A DNA stretch of 58,050 nucleotides, filler included, from Dimargaris cristalligena (taxonomy: Eukaryota): assembly GCA_003614675.1 (NCBI GenBank). It is 5 parts of 5 records of this genome, joined end to end, with 100 filler letters (N's around TTAATTAATTAA, not from the genome) between each part and the next. Parts side by side here need not be neighbours in the genome. Positions count along the whole stretch, not along the records: positions 23,287 to 34,811 come from ML003106.1; positions 34,912 to 46,433 come from ML003107.1; 3 more parts are not named here. One strand, 5' to 3'. Positions 23,909-36,375 of the stretch are shown here, piece by piece. The stretch's first letter is position 1; each line of letters starts with the position of its first letter. Below the pieces are notes generated by a model. It was not told the DNA's origin, did no database searches, and worked only from the letters and a program-made list of their open reading frames with translations. Made by a program: the position numbers and the translations under genes.

Positions 23909-25720
23909 CTAGAGTTCGGCATAAGCGTGGACGGGCAGCGGGGACTGTTTCTTCAGAACCAACCGATGCCAAAACGGAATTCCGGTGAGGGTATACACGG
24001 CCCCCAGTAACGGGGCCAAAAAGTAAGGCCAGCCGTTTGGACCAATGATAGTCCCGTCAGCGGGCGGGATGAAGGGAAAAATGGCCAGGAACACGGTGGT
24101 GATTAAGAACAGGTACGGCAAAGGCAACCAGACGCTAAATACTCGAGCGGGTAAATTAGGATCGCGGCGACGGAGGAGGAGCAGACCCACCACGGTTAGG
24201 CCGTAGAACAGCCGGGAGGGGTAGCTCACCAGATCAATCAGGAATTGGAAGGCTTCCCCCGGGGGCGGGCCGAGGGTGTACACGGCGACCAGGGCGAAAT
24301 TCAGGAGTAGGGCGTTCACGGGAGTTCCGGTCCGGGGGGAGATGTGGCACCAGGTCGTGGCGTAGGGTAAATAGCCTTTTTGGGCCGCGGCCACAATGAC
24401 GCGGGATACCCCAAAGACCATGGCGGAAATCGAGCCGGCGCAGGAGATGGCAATGGCCAGGGGGATAACGACGCGGCCGAATAAAGGGCCGAAAACCCGG
24501 GTACCCCACGTGGCCGCCAGAACTTCGGATTCGAGGGAGATGTCATCCATGCTAAGGACACTGAAAAAAGCCACGTTGGTGAGGAGATACAGCACGGTGG
24601 TGATGGCGATACCCCCCGTAGCGCACAAAGGGAGGTTGCGGACCGGGTCGCGGAGTTCCCCGAGGCAGAAATTGAGGTTGTGCCAGCCGTCGTAGGCCCA
24701 AAAGGCATTGAAAATGGCACTGGAGTGCCGGTGTAGCTTGTTCGTCGTGCCGGCGAAGCCCCGGGCCCACAGGTCGCTGCGGGGCACCGAGGTCAGGCCC
24801 ATCAGAATGGCTAGCCCGGTGATGGATATCAAACCCAAGACCAACAGTTTGATCCAGGTGAGCAGGTCCAGGGCCCGCAGGGACCATTTGACGGAAACCA
24901 TATTAATGGCCGTGATGATTAGCAGTCCCAGCATGGCCAACCACCGTTGCTGACCCTCCATGGTGAGGCGAGTGGATTGACTTTCCACTAAATGGGCGGG
25001 GCCGTACAGGGCGTAAATGAGATACTTGCCGAAAATGATCGCGTTGGTGGCAATGGACCCCGGCCGCATACAGACGATGGTGCAGAAGGAGAAGAGGAAC
25101 CCGAAGAGTTGGCGGGGTTTACGGATACAGTAATCGAGGTACACTTGTTCGCCGCCGGACTCGGGCATGAGGCAGCCCAGTTCAATGTAGGAGAAGGCGC
25201 CGCAGAAGGTGGTGAAGGCGCCCAGGCCCCAGTACACCATGGCCATGGCGGCCGAACCCGTGAGGGTCACCACAACGCCCGGGGTGGAGAAAATACCCGA
25301 CCCGATCATGAGACCGCAGACCAGGGCGGAGCCGCTGATGACGCCCATCGTGCGAGGGAGCGGTTCGTGGGGGTCGAAAGAGGGGGCGGCCCCCTCCTCC
25401 GCTTCGTTCACCGAACCGAGCGACCCGTTACGGCCGCCGTCTGGGAAGAGGGAGGAGTTACTGGCCAGCCCTATGGTGAAATCACCACCGGTCATATCGT
25501 CCGGCTCACCGGTCGGGTCGTCTAAGCGCCTCCGAATTAAGGGGGATGGTGATACCGTCCCGGGGACGGCGGCTCCGCCAAGGGCGGTGGCAGTCAACTC
25601 GGCCTGGGTCGAAAGGGGGTTATCGAGTGGAGTGTAGCCGAAACGGGACCATAGGCCCCCATTTCCCCCGGGGCTTCCCCACCAACCCTGGAATCGGTCT
25701 CGTAAATTGCGATTGTCCAT
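23909..25720 (-). CDS. APC-superfamily (LAT/MUP1-like) amino-acid permease, intronless, 603 aa
   Basis: TM1 GLMIGSGIFSTPG, YIELGCLMPESGGEQVYL, TM6 FWAYDGWHNLN, ELRDPVRNLP; about 12 hydrophobic segments. Confidence 0.92.
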   Translation of the reverse strand: MDNRNLRDRFQGWWGSPGGNGGLWSRFGYTPLDNPLSTQAELTATALGGAAVPGTVSPSPLIRRRLDDPTGEPDDMTGGDFTIGLASNSSLFPDGGRNGSLGSVNEAEEGAAPSFDPHEPLPRTMGVISGSALVCGLMIGSGIFSTPGVVVTLTGSAAMAMVYWGLGAFTTFCGAFSYIELGCLMPESGGEQVYLDYCIRKPRQLFGFLFSFCTIVCMRPGSIATNAIIFGKYLIYALYGPAHLVESQSTRLTMEGQQRWLAMLGLLIITAINMVSVKWSLRALDLLTWIKLLVLGLISITGLAILMGLTSVPRSDLWARGFAGTTNKLHRHSSAIFNAFWAYDGWHNLNFCLGELRDPVRNLPLCATGGIAITTVLYLLTNVAFFSVLSMDDISLESEVLAATWGTRVFGPLFGRVVIPLAIAISCAGSISAMVFGVSRVIVAAAQKGYLPYATTWCHISPRTGTPVNALLLNFALVAVYTLGPPPGEAFQFLIDLVSYPSRLFYGLTVVGLLLLRRRDPNLPARVFSVWLPLPYLFLITTVFLAIFPFIPPADGTIIGPNGWPYFLAPLLGAVYTLTGIPFWHRLVLKKQSPLPVHAYAEL

Positions 25721-26992
25721 GGAACACAGCGGCCCGCTTTAGGCCAAGGGGACTAAACAGGTCGAGCCCTCACGTTTGAATACTAAAGGCCAGTCTGGGT
25801 TTTAGCGGGTTATAAATACAGTTGCTGGCTGGGCTTAACCTAAGCGGAATGGGAGACCTCGCACCTCCCTTCCGTCTGATACGATTGGTAAATAAAACCG
25901 TGACTGGGGTTCCAAAAAGAATATAAAATACTGCGTGGTTGGTCTCAGTGCGACCAAGTGGACGGAACCAGGCAAATAACCCGCTGTCCGAATAAGGGGG
26001 CAACGTAGACTGGAGGGGCACTTGGTATGCGCCGCTGCCCTAACGGTCAATGGGCTATGGAAACCAGGGCGGAAGACTATAGGGGGGAGGTCTCTATCAG
26101 AAACAATGCCCTATTAGGCCTTGCAATGTTCTCAAGGAGTTGGGATGAGAAAACTGAGGCAATGGGCGGGATGTATAGTAGTGGTAGTAGTTGTGTTTGT
26201 ATGAGGTTTAATACAAGACTGGTATGAAAGCAAAGGACTGATAACTAATAACAGCCAAAAGACGAAGGTGAGAGGAAATAATAGTAGTTGAGTAGAAGAG
26301 GTTAGTTTAACACACAGATTAATGGAGTTCCTTCATCAACCCATGCTTCACATGGTGGCGATGTATGCGATAAACACCGCCGTATAATCCAGCGGAATTG
26401 GTCAATGGGAAGGGGGCAAATCGCAGCGTATCCGATGGATATCAGCCGGTCACTACTACCGCATATACTTTGAATGCGTTTTTCTAGACAACCTGTCCTC
26501 AATTTGGGCAGGTCGTGAGAATTCCCCTATTTAATATAGTAAGGCGGCAACCGCTCCCAAGGGTAGCCACCCGTCATCAATATGTTCCCCCTCCTCTTTC
26601 CTCGGCTGTTTATCCAAGCGAACCGCTTTTTAGTAAACGTTGAAATACAACGGACACGGCCCTCTCTTTTTGTATCTTATTCAACCCCAGCTAGTTCTAC
26701 TAAAAAATATTAATTTCGGGATTGGCCTAATCTAGTCAGTGGAAGACAGTTTATTGACCATCTGGGGGTTACTAATTTCAATATACTTTAGAAAACTGAC
26801 AATAAACGAAATGCGGACAGATACTCTCTATCGCATAAACCAACTAACGCATCGCAATACTTAATCACAACTATATGTATATACTCACGCAAAATCCAAA
26901 TTCAATATGATGCACGAATGTATGGGGAAAGATGGGCTGGGCAAAAGGTGGGGGCCACGGAATGACTAGGCGAGGAAAAGCAATGCGTACTT

Positions 26993-29900
26993 TTAAAATA
27001 CAGAATGATACTGATCGTGATACATGTGGTGGAACTTTTGCACTACATTGATAGATTTGGAGAACTGGTTAAAGGTGTTCAGCAATGAAACGATTTCACC
27101 CCGGTCCAGGCTGTCGTCTGATGAGGATCTGTACAAGACAAGACCAAATGCCCAATTAAGAATATACCAATAAGGGGTTAGACAGATTGTAAATACCCAT
27201 AAAAAGATGTGCTAATTGATCGGACCGAAAATATTCGGCATAAGAAATTCATGGCCATTAATAGTTGAAAAAAAGCTACTTACTGGAAAGATGATTGGTC
27301 GTAAGAGAATAGCACCTTGAGTGCCGTGCCGAACCCACGGGTCTGTAACTTGCCCCATAGACGACATTTTTCACAGCCCACGCAATCCATGATGCGGGAC
27401 ACGTTGCGGAACCGGTCCTTCACCTCCTCCTTGAGAATGATAGAGTTGGGACCGTCGAACAATTCGCTTTCGTCAAAAGTGTTGGGCATGGTGAGACAGA
27501 CCGAGACAAGTTCCTGGATCTTAGACTAGGTAAATAAGAATGGTATACCATAAGCAGTAGCAATAATGGGTGCATCAAAGCATATCAATAGAGTAGCCAA
27601 CGGAGGAATCGATTAGCGGAATTAATAGGTGTGGTGGATTGTGAGTATACTCATAGTTTTAAAAAAGAGATACCAAAAATGAGGGGGTGCGTTAGAATGG
27701 CTTACCTTGAGCCAGATTTCCTCTTCCGAGTTGCCCACACAGTAGGTATTGTCGAGTAGGTAGGTATTCAGCTTCAGAATGGAGCGGAGAAGCAGGGCGT
27801 AGTTGAAGTAGATATTTTGCAGACGTTCGGGGAAGTAACCAACGCGGTTCATGAAGCACTCCAGGTTGGGTGACTGGAGGAGATACGGCAAACGCAGATA
27901 GAGAGGGATGTTGGTGTAGAAAAGAAATACATCATTAGTCAAGGGCCATCTATAGACTATCCGGTCGATACATCTAACAACGTTGTGCCCCATCACACTG
28001 TCCAGCAGCAATCGGACGATGTCAATATAAAGGTGATATTATACTTACCCATTCCTGGGTGGTACGATTGAAGTAATCGTAGCACAAATGGGTGGAAATG
28101 GACGCGTGGAGACCTAGATACGGGCACGAAAACCAATACATATACGCATATATTATATCGCGAATTATTAAATGAGCGCGATGAAATAATTAAGGGTAAA
28201 TGGACCTTAATAAGCCAAGTTGGCTATTCAATGGCCTGAAAATACAATGTCTATATATTTACCTGAAACAACCCGATAAAAGACCCGCTTTTCCTTGCAC
28301 TCATCAATCTGGGCCAGTCGCTTTTGCTTTTCCTCTTCGGAATTACCGAAATGAGGACGCTCCTTCTCGGACATGGCCAGATTGCTCAACCGGGCCGGAA
28401 TGTCAAAACAGTTTTCTTCGTAGATGGATTGCCAGATATTCTGGGCAGATTGGCCGGCGTATCCAGTAAAACGTTCGGGGTTCTTGAGTAGGTCAACGTA
28501 GACACCATCTAGATCGATACATAAGAAAGAGTACTCAGGGGTCGTGCATTTTAGTTATAAGAGTGGTTGAAGGGGAGAGGGAGTTGGGCTGAATAAATGG
28601 CAGCTGTAACTGACTATGGCCTGGATCACAAGCTGGTAATAGTTGACTTACTGGTAGATTGTTCATCCTGGGACACGCAAAAGTCCTTTTCTTCGTAATC
28701 ACAGGCCTGGAACGGTTGGAAGCTCTTTTTAAGATAAGCAAACGGGGTATTGATATAGAATACAGGGTTAATTCAAGTACGGATTAGGAGGGATGAAATA
28801 CCATAAGCCATTTGGTGTGGGGTTCGAGTGAATCTGTCAGGGCGGACCATATACTACGTTCACTTACCTTGCCAAATGGTGCAAAATCCACCTTGTCGAT
28901 GGGTTTGTTATTGGTGCGCCACTCGATTGGGATAGTTTCCTATGTAACGAAGAGGGTCCCCAATTTAGGCAAAACAGGTGCATTCCATAGCATTAGTCAT
29001 CAATGATGTGCACATTACAAAGGGGCGGGCTCGCAGGGCACATTGCACACCAGATTGGTCAATAAGGGGCTGCGTCCCTCCCTAGGCATTAGATGAAGAA
29101 ATTGGATTTGTCATGCATAACTTTTAAAAGTGAGCCTTCTTACCTCATCCTCAGTTTGGACTACGCAGTCTTTAAGGACGCATAGACCATCGTTGGCCCA
29201 AAAAGCGCATTGCTTGTACAGGTCGACCTGATATATAAAAAACCCCGAATTAAAATTAACAATGGCAGGCCATTGGGGTTAGGGGACGCTCAAGGGATAA
29301 GTGGTCATTCCACGGGCATATTAATCGGGGGTCGGAATACATATAATATATTATAAATTAGTGTTACATGGATATGCACTTACTTTATAGTACCGGAAAT
29401 AGGAAGATTGGACAATCTGCTTAAGGGTTGGGGAAATGAGATCGTTGACGGATTCGACGGCGTGAAACTCACAACGCAGGTCATCAATGGCGCCACTGTC
29501 TCGTAACTGATTGGACCATAGACAAATATAGAGGAAATGCAGCGCCCAACCGGATATATATATATATACCAAGCAGGTGGTTCGAGGGATATAGGTGAAT
29601 ATATGCGCATTAATAATCGGGTATCTCACAGTAAAATTATATGCATGGAGCGGCTTTTTCTACTTTCCTTGTCTCAATCGGGTCACCGGCCACATGCAGT
29701 AGCAGCCCGACCACTCCCACCGATAGTCCTAAAAACTGTAGGAATCTCTACTTACACGGCAAATGTCATCGACGGGGCGCGACCAGAGTCGTTTGATGGG
29801 AATGAAGGCTTCTTTCCAATGGTTCTGAACGGAGGGAAATAGATACATGAGGGCGGACAGCGCCAGGGGAACCAGGGCCAGAACGAGGAGAGACGAGCGG

Positions 29901-29995
29901 GACCCGTTAACCTTGGCCAGGCGCTCCCGAGGAAGTGGTGGTGGCGGTTGCTGGCCTTTGGCCGATTCGACAGGGGTCGGCGGGGGACTACCCAT
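26993..29995 (-). CDS. ERO1: ER oxidoreductin 1, multi-exon
   Basis: Exons encode [73 protein letters not shown] and the CxxCxxC active site [24 protein letters not shown]-terminal TM anchor. Confidence 0.95.
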
Positions 29996-31829
29996 GGTCA
30001 AAGAGAAGGGTGTATAGAGTAGTACGGTATATGTGTGTGGGTGTGGCAATGCTTTGGGAAAAAACAGTAGCAGACTACCGCCAATTATATGAGGTTGGTG
30101 AGGATTGGGGATGAAGTGAGAGTAATATGGGTAAAGAAGGCCAGTTGGTGGTGGTGGTGCTTCGAGGGCCGTTAATAAATGAGATACTAGTCTGAGGCGG
30201 TTAGAGATGCCTGTGGCTGGAACATGGGGAGGATAGAGACAAAAGTGACGTGTAAGGGAGGGTTGCCAAAGCGAAAATAGAAGGGCTCTCTGCCTATTAT
30301 GTTGGTCGAGCAGAAAAGAAGTTATAGTAGCTATCGTATTGTGTGATATTGGGGCCGCTGTGGCTGGTTTTTAAAAGGCGGGGGGAAAGCAAGGAGGGAG
30401 AAGCAGGCGTAGTAGTAGTAGGTAGGGCTGGTGAGACTGAAATGGGCCACCCACCCGGTTCCCGGGTGAAGACGGGCCGTCGTCATAGGCCCATTCCTCC
30501 ACACCCCTACATTATTATGACGTGGCGTACAAAGTGAGGTGGGGAAGGGCAAGAGACCAAGTAGGGACCACTTTAGAAGGGCCACAGTAATCTAGACTCC
30601 ATGAGGATAAGTGCGACACTCTCTTCTCCTATGGATAACAAAACCCTGTGGCATTCATTTATTAGGCTTAGAGGGTGCACGGTCCTCCCACCACACCCTC
30701 CTTCGAATAGGGCACAAAAGCCTCCGAATTCCTCCGCAAATCGAGCCGCAGCCCCGACGACAATCCCGAATCCCCGTCATTGTATCAGATTTGCGTTGCC
30801 CCTTTCACTGCCAAGCAGGCACATTTTCCTTACATTGATTTCTTCAATTATCGTCTCCACCTCTACACCCATCCAGTTAGCATGCTGTATACCGTGTGTC
30901 TAGTAGCCATAAATCCATAAATAAGCGTGTGTGAAAAAGGCGAACCATCCCTTTTAATGTTCCTCGAAATGGCGGCAAGACTTACAGCCGCCAATCGGTA
31001 ACCGCAAAGTGGCCCTTTGCCCGCTGTCAAGCCAAGAGATAGAAGGTAAACAAGTGGGAATATTTACGTTCAAATAATGATGGGAAAGGTTATTATCGGA
31101 GAAGATCGTCACACCCCACCCGATTCAATTTGGAAACGGGGGAACAATACGGCTGGTCACGATGATTTAGGCGGATTGGATTGGTAGAAACCCACTCTAT
31201 AATTCAAAAATAGATCCCTCTCCTGTGGTTAGCCGCTTAAATAAAATGAGGTTTACCTTTAGGGATCAATTGGACAATATCACCCGATTCATCTGCGAAC
31301 AGGCACCACCAATTCATATGCAGTCAAGTTATCGGCCATGGGGGGCAAACCTTTCATGGACTAACTCAATTCCCTCTACACGATCCAAAATGTATTACAG
31401 CTTCAGAGAGTACAGAGTAGAATATTTATTTCTTAAATGAACAGAACAGATACCTACCGAAATCAGAGAATAGCCTTGAGTGAGGCAGGCATAGCCAAGA
31501 GTGCAATTCAAATCAATGAAAAAGAGACAAATCAGTGCCAGAGAAAGGTACTACATAGTCGACAATGAGAGGACGAAGCAATAAATATAGTTGAAAAAGA
31601 ACAAGGTCGATTTGGGCAAAAGAAAAAAATAGCGAAAATCCGGTTCGCTATAGATAAAAGTATAAAAGGGTATGGCCAACGGCTAGAAAATGGGGCGCGA
31701 GGAAGAAGAGTAGGCTTCAAAATACAGACCTCGATTTAAAGTGAGCGAAAGGGGAGAAGAGATGGTGAAATAAATGGGCGACGAGAAAGATGGGAAGAGA
31801 TCAATTTGAAACGGTGAGGGAGGGAGCAC

Positions 31830-34052
31830 TTAGTATCCTTTGCTGCCGCTATAGCTACTACCCGAGCTACTGCTAGAACTGCTACCAGAGCCGCTACCGC
31901 CGTTGCCACCATTTCCGCCGTCACCGCCATTGCCACCGGAACTGGACCCAGAGCCGTTTCCTCCGTTTCCGCCATTACCTCCGTCACCCCCGTTGCCGCC
32001 GGAACTGGAGCTGGAACTGCCAGTAGGCTTACGGCCAGATGTGCTGCTGCTGCCGCTACCACCATTTCCCCCGTTGCCACCATCGCCCCCATTGCCGCCA
32101 GAGCTGGAGCTGGAGCTGGAACCGTTACCACCATTACCACCGTTGCCCCCATCACCACCGTTACCGCCAGAGCTGGAGTTAGAACCGGAACCGGGACTGT
32201 TCCCGCCAGTGGGTTTACGGCCAGATGTGCTGCTGCTGCCGTTACCACCGTTTCCTCCGTCACCGCCATTACCCCCGGAGCTAGACCCAGAGCCTTTACC
32301 GCCGTTGCCGCCATCACCTCCATCACCCCCATTGCCACCCGAGGTCGAGCCGGAGGTATGGCTACCGCTGCCAGTGGGTTTAGGGCCGGATGTGCCGCTG
32401 CCGTTACCGCCATTTCCTCCGTTACCGCCGTCACCTCCATTGCCACCGGAGCTGTGGCCGGAACTATTTCCGCCGTTGCCACCATTACCTCCATCACCGC
32501 CATTTCCACCGGAGCTGGAGCTAGAGCCGGTGCTATTTCCACCACTGCCAGTGGGTTTGCGACCAGATGTATTTCCGCCGTTGCCACCATCACCCCCGTC
32601 ACCACCATTTCCGCTGGAGCTCGAGCCGGAACTATTTCCACCGCTACCAGTGGGCTTACGGCCAGATGTATTACCACCGTTACCACCATTTCCACCGTCA
32701 CCACCATCACCGCCGCTGCCGCCTGAGCTGTGACCGGAGCTGTTTCCGCCACTGCCAGTGGGTTTAGGCACGGAGGTATTTCCACCGTTACCGCCGTTGC
32801 CGCCATCACCGCCATTTCCACCAGAGCTGGAGCCATTGCTGTTGCCGCCATTTCCACCGTTGCCGCCGTCGCCCCCATTACCTCCGGAGCTGGAACCGGA
32901 GCTACTGCCGCCACTGCTACCCGTGGGCTTACGGCCAGATGTGCTGCTGCTGCTGTTGCCACCATTTCCTCCGTTACCGCCATCGCCCCCATTGCCACCA
33001 GAGCTGGAACCAGAGCCGTTACCACCGTTACCGCCATTTCCACCATCACCGCCGTTTCCACCGGAGCTAGAGCTGGAGCTGGAACTGCTCCCCCCACCAC
33101 TAGTGGGTTTGCGACCGGAGGTACTACTGCTGTTACCACCATTACCGCCATTTCCGCCGTCGCCGCCATTGCCTCCGGAACTGGAACTGCTGGTTTCGTA
33201 GCCGCGGTAATCGCCTCCGTAACTTCCATAGCGGTAGTCGGTGGTGGTTACGTAAGGGTTGCGACCATGGACATTGCCACCGTTCCCTCCGTGACCACCA
33301 TCACCGCCGTTTCCACCATTACCGGTGGAGGTAGTAGGGCCGCGACCTTGGGTTTTGCTACCGTTGCCACCATTGCCGCCGTTTCCACCGTTACCGCCAT
33401 TGCCTCCGGAGGTGGTGGTATTGCCGCGACCTTGGCTGCTTCCGCCGTTTCCTCCATTGCCGCCATCACCACCGTTACCGCCGTTGCCGCTGGAAGTGCT
33501 ACCCCGGCTACGGCTGTTGTTACCGCCGGAATTGTTGCCTCGGCCTTGGCTATTGCCGCCATTTCCCCCATGACCGCCGTCACCACCATTTCCACCGCTA
33601 CCGCTGGGCTTGTTGTTGCCCCCGGGGGAATTGCCACGACCTTGCGTGTTGCCACCATTACCGCCGTTTCCGCCATGGCCACCATTGCCGCCGTTACCAC
33701 CAGACGTGTTGCCACGACCTTGGCCACTTCCCCCATTACCGCCATTGCCGCCGTTTCCGCCGTTACCACCATTGCCGCTGGCCGATGCGTTTCCGCGGCC
33801 TTTGGTACTTCCACCGTTTCCGCCGTCGCCACCATTGCCTCCGTTTCCGGTGGATATACGAGTAGCACCACTATGGCGACCATGGTGGCTACTGCGATCA
33901 TGAGCGTGGCGGTGGTGCTGCTGACCATTGCGGATTCCGTAGTGATGATTGTCGGGAGCGTTGCGCAGGCTGAGTTCACCGGTGGCCGAGACCAGAGCTT
34001 GGTTGGCCAGGACGGCGACCAGAAGAGCGGCGATTCCAACGTTGACCTTCAT
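31830..34052 (-). CDS. Secreted Gly/Asn/Ser-rich tandem-repeat protein (about 22 blocks of [14 protein letters not shown]), 740 aa, intronless
   Basis: Signal peptide [23 protein letters not shown], His-rich segment, repeat blocks with synonymously diverged codons. Minus-strand TATAAATA upstream near 34405. Confidence 0.85.
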   Translation of the reverse strand: MKVNVGIAALLVAVLANQALVSATGELSLRNAPDNHHYGIRNGQQHHRHAHDRSSHHGRHSGATRISTGNGGNGGDGGNGGSTKGRGNASASGNGGNGGNGGNGGNGGSGQGRGNTSGGNGGNGGHGGNGGNGGNTQGRGNSPGGNNKPSGSGGNGGDGGHGGNGGNSQGRGNNSGGNNSRSRGSTSSGNGGNGGDGGNGGNGGSSQGRGNTTTSGGNGGNGGNGGNGGNGSKTQGRGPTTSTGNGGNGGDGGHGGNGGNVHGRNPYVTTTDYRYGSYGGDYRGYETSSSSSGGNGGDGGNGGNGGNSSSTSGRKPTSGGGSSSSSSSSSGGNGGDGGNGGNGGNGSGSSSGGNGGDGGNGGNGGNSSSSTSGRKPTGSSGGSSSGSSSGGNGGDGGNGGNGGNSNGSSSGGNGGDGGNGGNGGNTSVPKPTGSGGNSSGHSSGGSGGDGGDGGNGGNGGNTSGRKPTGSGGNSSGSSSSGNGGDGGDGGNGGNTSGRKPTGSGGNSTGSSSSSGGNGGDGGNGGNGGNSSGHSSGGNGGDGGNGGNGGNGSGTSGPKPTGSGSHTSGSTSGGNGGDGGDGGNGGKGSGSSSGGNGGDGGNGGNGSSSTSGRKPTGGNSPGSGSNSSSGGNGGDGGNGGNGGNGSSSSSSSGGNGGDGGNGGNGGSGSSSTSGRKPTGSSSSSSGGNGGDGGNGGNGGNGSGSSSGGNGGDGGNGGNGGSGSGSSSSSSSGSSYSGSKGY

Positions 34053-34811
34053 GTTGATGCGAGTTATAAGGGTAAGAGAGGGGGGAGGAGAAAAGAGATA
34101 GTGAGTGGAAAAGTAGAGTAGATGAGATTTGTTGAAGAGAGTTATATAAATCCAAAGATTTTTAGGGATAAATTGAATACAAGAGAAGGTAATGGGTTAG
34201 ATAGTACCGGAACCAGTTCAGGAACTGTCAAAGACAGGATACAAAGCAAAGTGGGTGGGGACGGAGAGTAGCTATTTTTAAAGAAATGACAAAATGTCGC
34301 TATGGTAGCAAATTTCACAGAAAAGTGCTATGGAGGGAAGAAGATGTGTAGGGCGGATGTAGAGCGCTGAGCTTGCTGTTTCCAAGGAGGCCGGCCGAGC
34401 CAGTATTTATACAATCAACCCAACCCACCTTTATTTGGTATTCCACTATTCGATCCCCCCTGTTGTCATTGAATTAAGCCGCCTTTCGGGCCTAATGGTT
34501 CAGGGGGGAGTGGAGCAGTTGTCGAGATTGGTTGGACTATCCACCTGAAGTGGCCCATGGCATAGGCGTACCTGGTCCTATGCACGCCGTGATCTATATT
34601 TTGTCATGTTTTTATAGTCATGGTAATTGCAATGGTCGAGCGAACGAAAAAGGGGGTGAGTATGAGGCAGAGTTGGATGCAAGGCGGGATTTTACGCCGG
34701 CGACTGTAAGCGACGTACTTCGCCATGCACTTATAACAACACTACGACTACAACTATTACGACCACTACTTCTCGAGGGGGGGAGGGGAGGGAAGTCATT
34801 ATGATATACTC

Positions 34812-34911
34812 NNNNNNNNNNNNNNNNNNNNNNNNNNNNNNNNNNNNNNNNNNNNTTAATTAATTAANNNNNNNNNNNNNNNNNNNNNNNNNNNNNNNNN
34901 NNNNNNNNNNN
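34812..34911. other. Artificial contig spacer
   Basis: N44-TTAATTAATTAA-N44. Confidence 0.97.
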
Positions 34912-34966
34912 AAGAAGATGGTGTACCTTGGGTGGGGCAAGAGACGCGTATTTATATGCCAGTATT
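34912..34966 (+). repeat. 55-bp contig-terminal inverted repeat, left arm
   Basis: AAGAAGATGGTGTACCTTGGGTGGGGCAAGAGACGCGTATTTATATGCCAGTATT is the exact reverse complement of 46379-46433. Confidence 0.95.
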
Positions 34967-36375
34967 GTATATATATTTGGTGTCCCAGTAGACACTCATC
35001 CCAGGATGCTATTATTATGGGATATACCCCTCGGATTAATATCTCCATCTTTTGTGTATCTCTTAATAGGGCCTCTAGCTCTTTTTCAGCCTTCTATGCC
35101 CCTTCAACCCGATGCCACGAAACTGAATTACAGCACCACCCCCCGCTCGTCCATTACCAATTCCGTAACAATGCTTCCAAGTCGAGTCAGCCGAGCAGTC
35201 TCCCCTTACCCTCGATTCTTTTTTTAGAAGTTCGCCATTCAATACCAGGAACCGGTTTCCGAGGTAGCAAGCCTCGGCAAACTCGTCGCCAATTTCCAAA
35301 ACCCCTGAGACAAACAGACTGCCCCAATTTAGATTAATTATCCACTATTATAATAGCATTCTCCGTCGGTAATAATGTCTAGATTAACTCTGGTATGTTT
35401 TTTTTTTTGTTTTTTGGAATAAGGTCCAAATACTATTATCTGCGTGGCTACAGCAACAGTCAAATGCTGTTAGCAAAACCAGGGGGGGCTCCGCATAAGT
35501 GAGTATGATGCTCTTTAATTCTCTGTAATCTGCCTACCAGTCTCTAAGCGACTGGGTGTTATCTTGTTTAGACCATGCCCCTGACTCGATGGGAATTATA
35601 CGTCAATGGAGTATGCTAAACCAGTCATTTAACTATACTTGGAGTGTATAATTTTTAACCGATACTATATTTACTAATAATAAAACGTATTCACCGTTTT
35701 TACTATTCATTTTCTTGGAAGTCATTGCTGTCCGCGCCATGCATAGCCAACCAGATTCAACATGGGCACAGCCTGGTCTATACCGGTTTATTCCTGTTTC
35801 TTTGTCTTCCAAATTGACATCAGAACAACGATGGTTCCGTCCATTTAATGATTCGTCATCGAATCCGCCAGCTCTAACATCAGGTCTCCATTACTGGTTT
35901 GCAACAATTCGCTCTTCACCTTACGCTCGCTGGTGCCATCTATACAGCACTAGTATTCCCAATCTATGAATATACTAGTCCATTTTATGTAAGTCTCTTC
36001 AGGAAGACGAGTTCCTGCTTCGAATATTATTTTGGTATCATCCCCAAGTTTTCGGAGTTTCCAAGAGCTTCACCCGAGTTATCAAAGTTACCAGAGTATT
36101 GTCAGAGGTAGATCCGAGTACTAGTGTCTTCCGAATCTTATAAGCTTTTTTAGTGTCTTTATCATCGAGTATTTATCATTATATCCTTATTCCCCGGTGG
36201 CAGGAAACCCTTCCTCCTCATGTACCCACCACTCTCTTACTCTCCCCATAACAAGCTCGTACCCCCATAGCCCTACAGGCTATATACGTATCATGGCATA
36301 TAATATTTATTAAACTGCAGTCACCGTACACCAAAATCACGCATGAACACCATCCTATTAAATTTGGTAATGTTA

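Noticed and set aside
31830-34052. Horizontal transfer of a mycobacterial PE_PGRS gene
   Set aside because: No PE domain, fungal-type signal peptide and promoter; the similarity is low-complexity only.
31736-34121. Long poly-Pro (PPLPPSPP) and Ala/Val/Thr-rich ORFs overlapping the glycine-rich gene
   Set aside because: Antisense and shifted-frame shadows of the GGN codon repeat; only the 740-aa frame has a signal peptide, an ATG in good context and an upstream TATA.
34928-35337. ORFs starting MGGARDAYLYASI at both ends of contig 4 (also 46148-46417) as a duplicated gene
   Set aside because: Identity is limited to the 55-bp terminal repeat, the starts are non-ATG, and the downstream sequences are unrelated.
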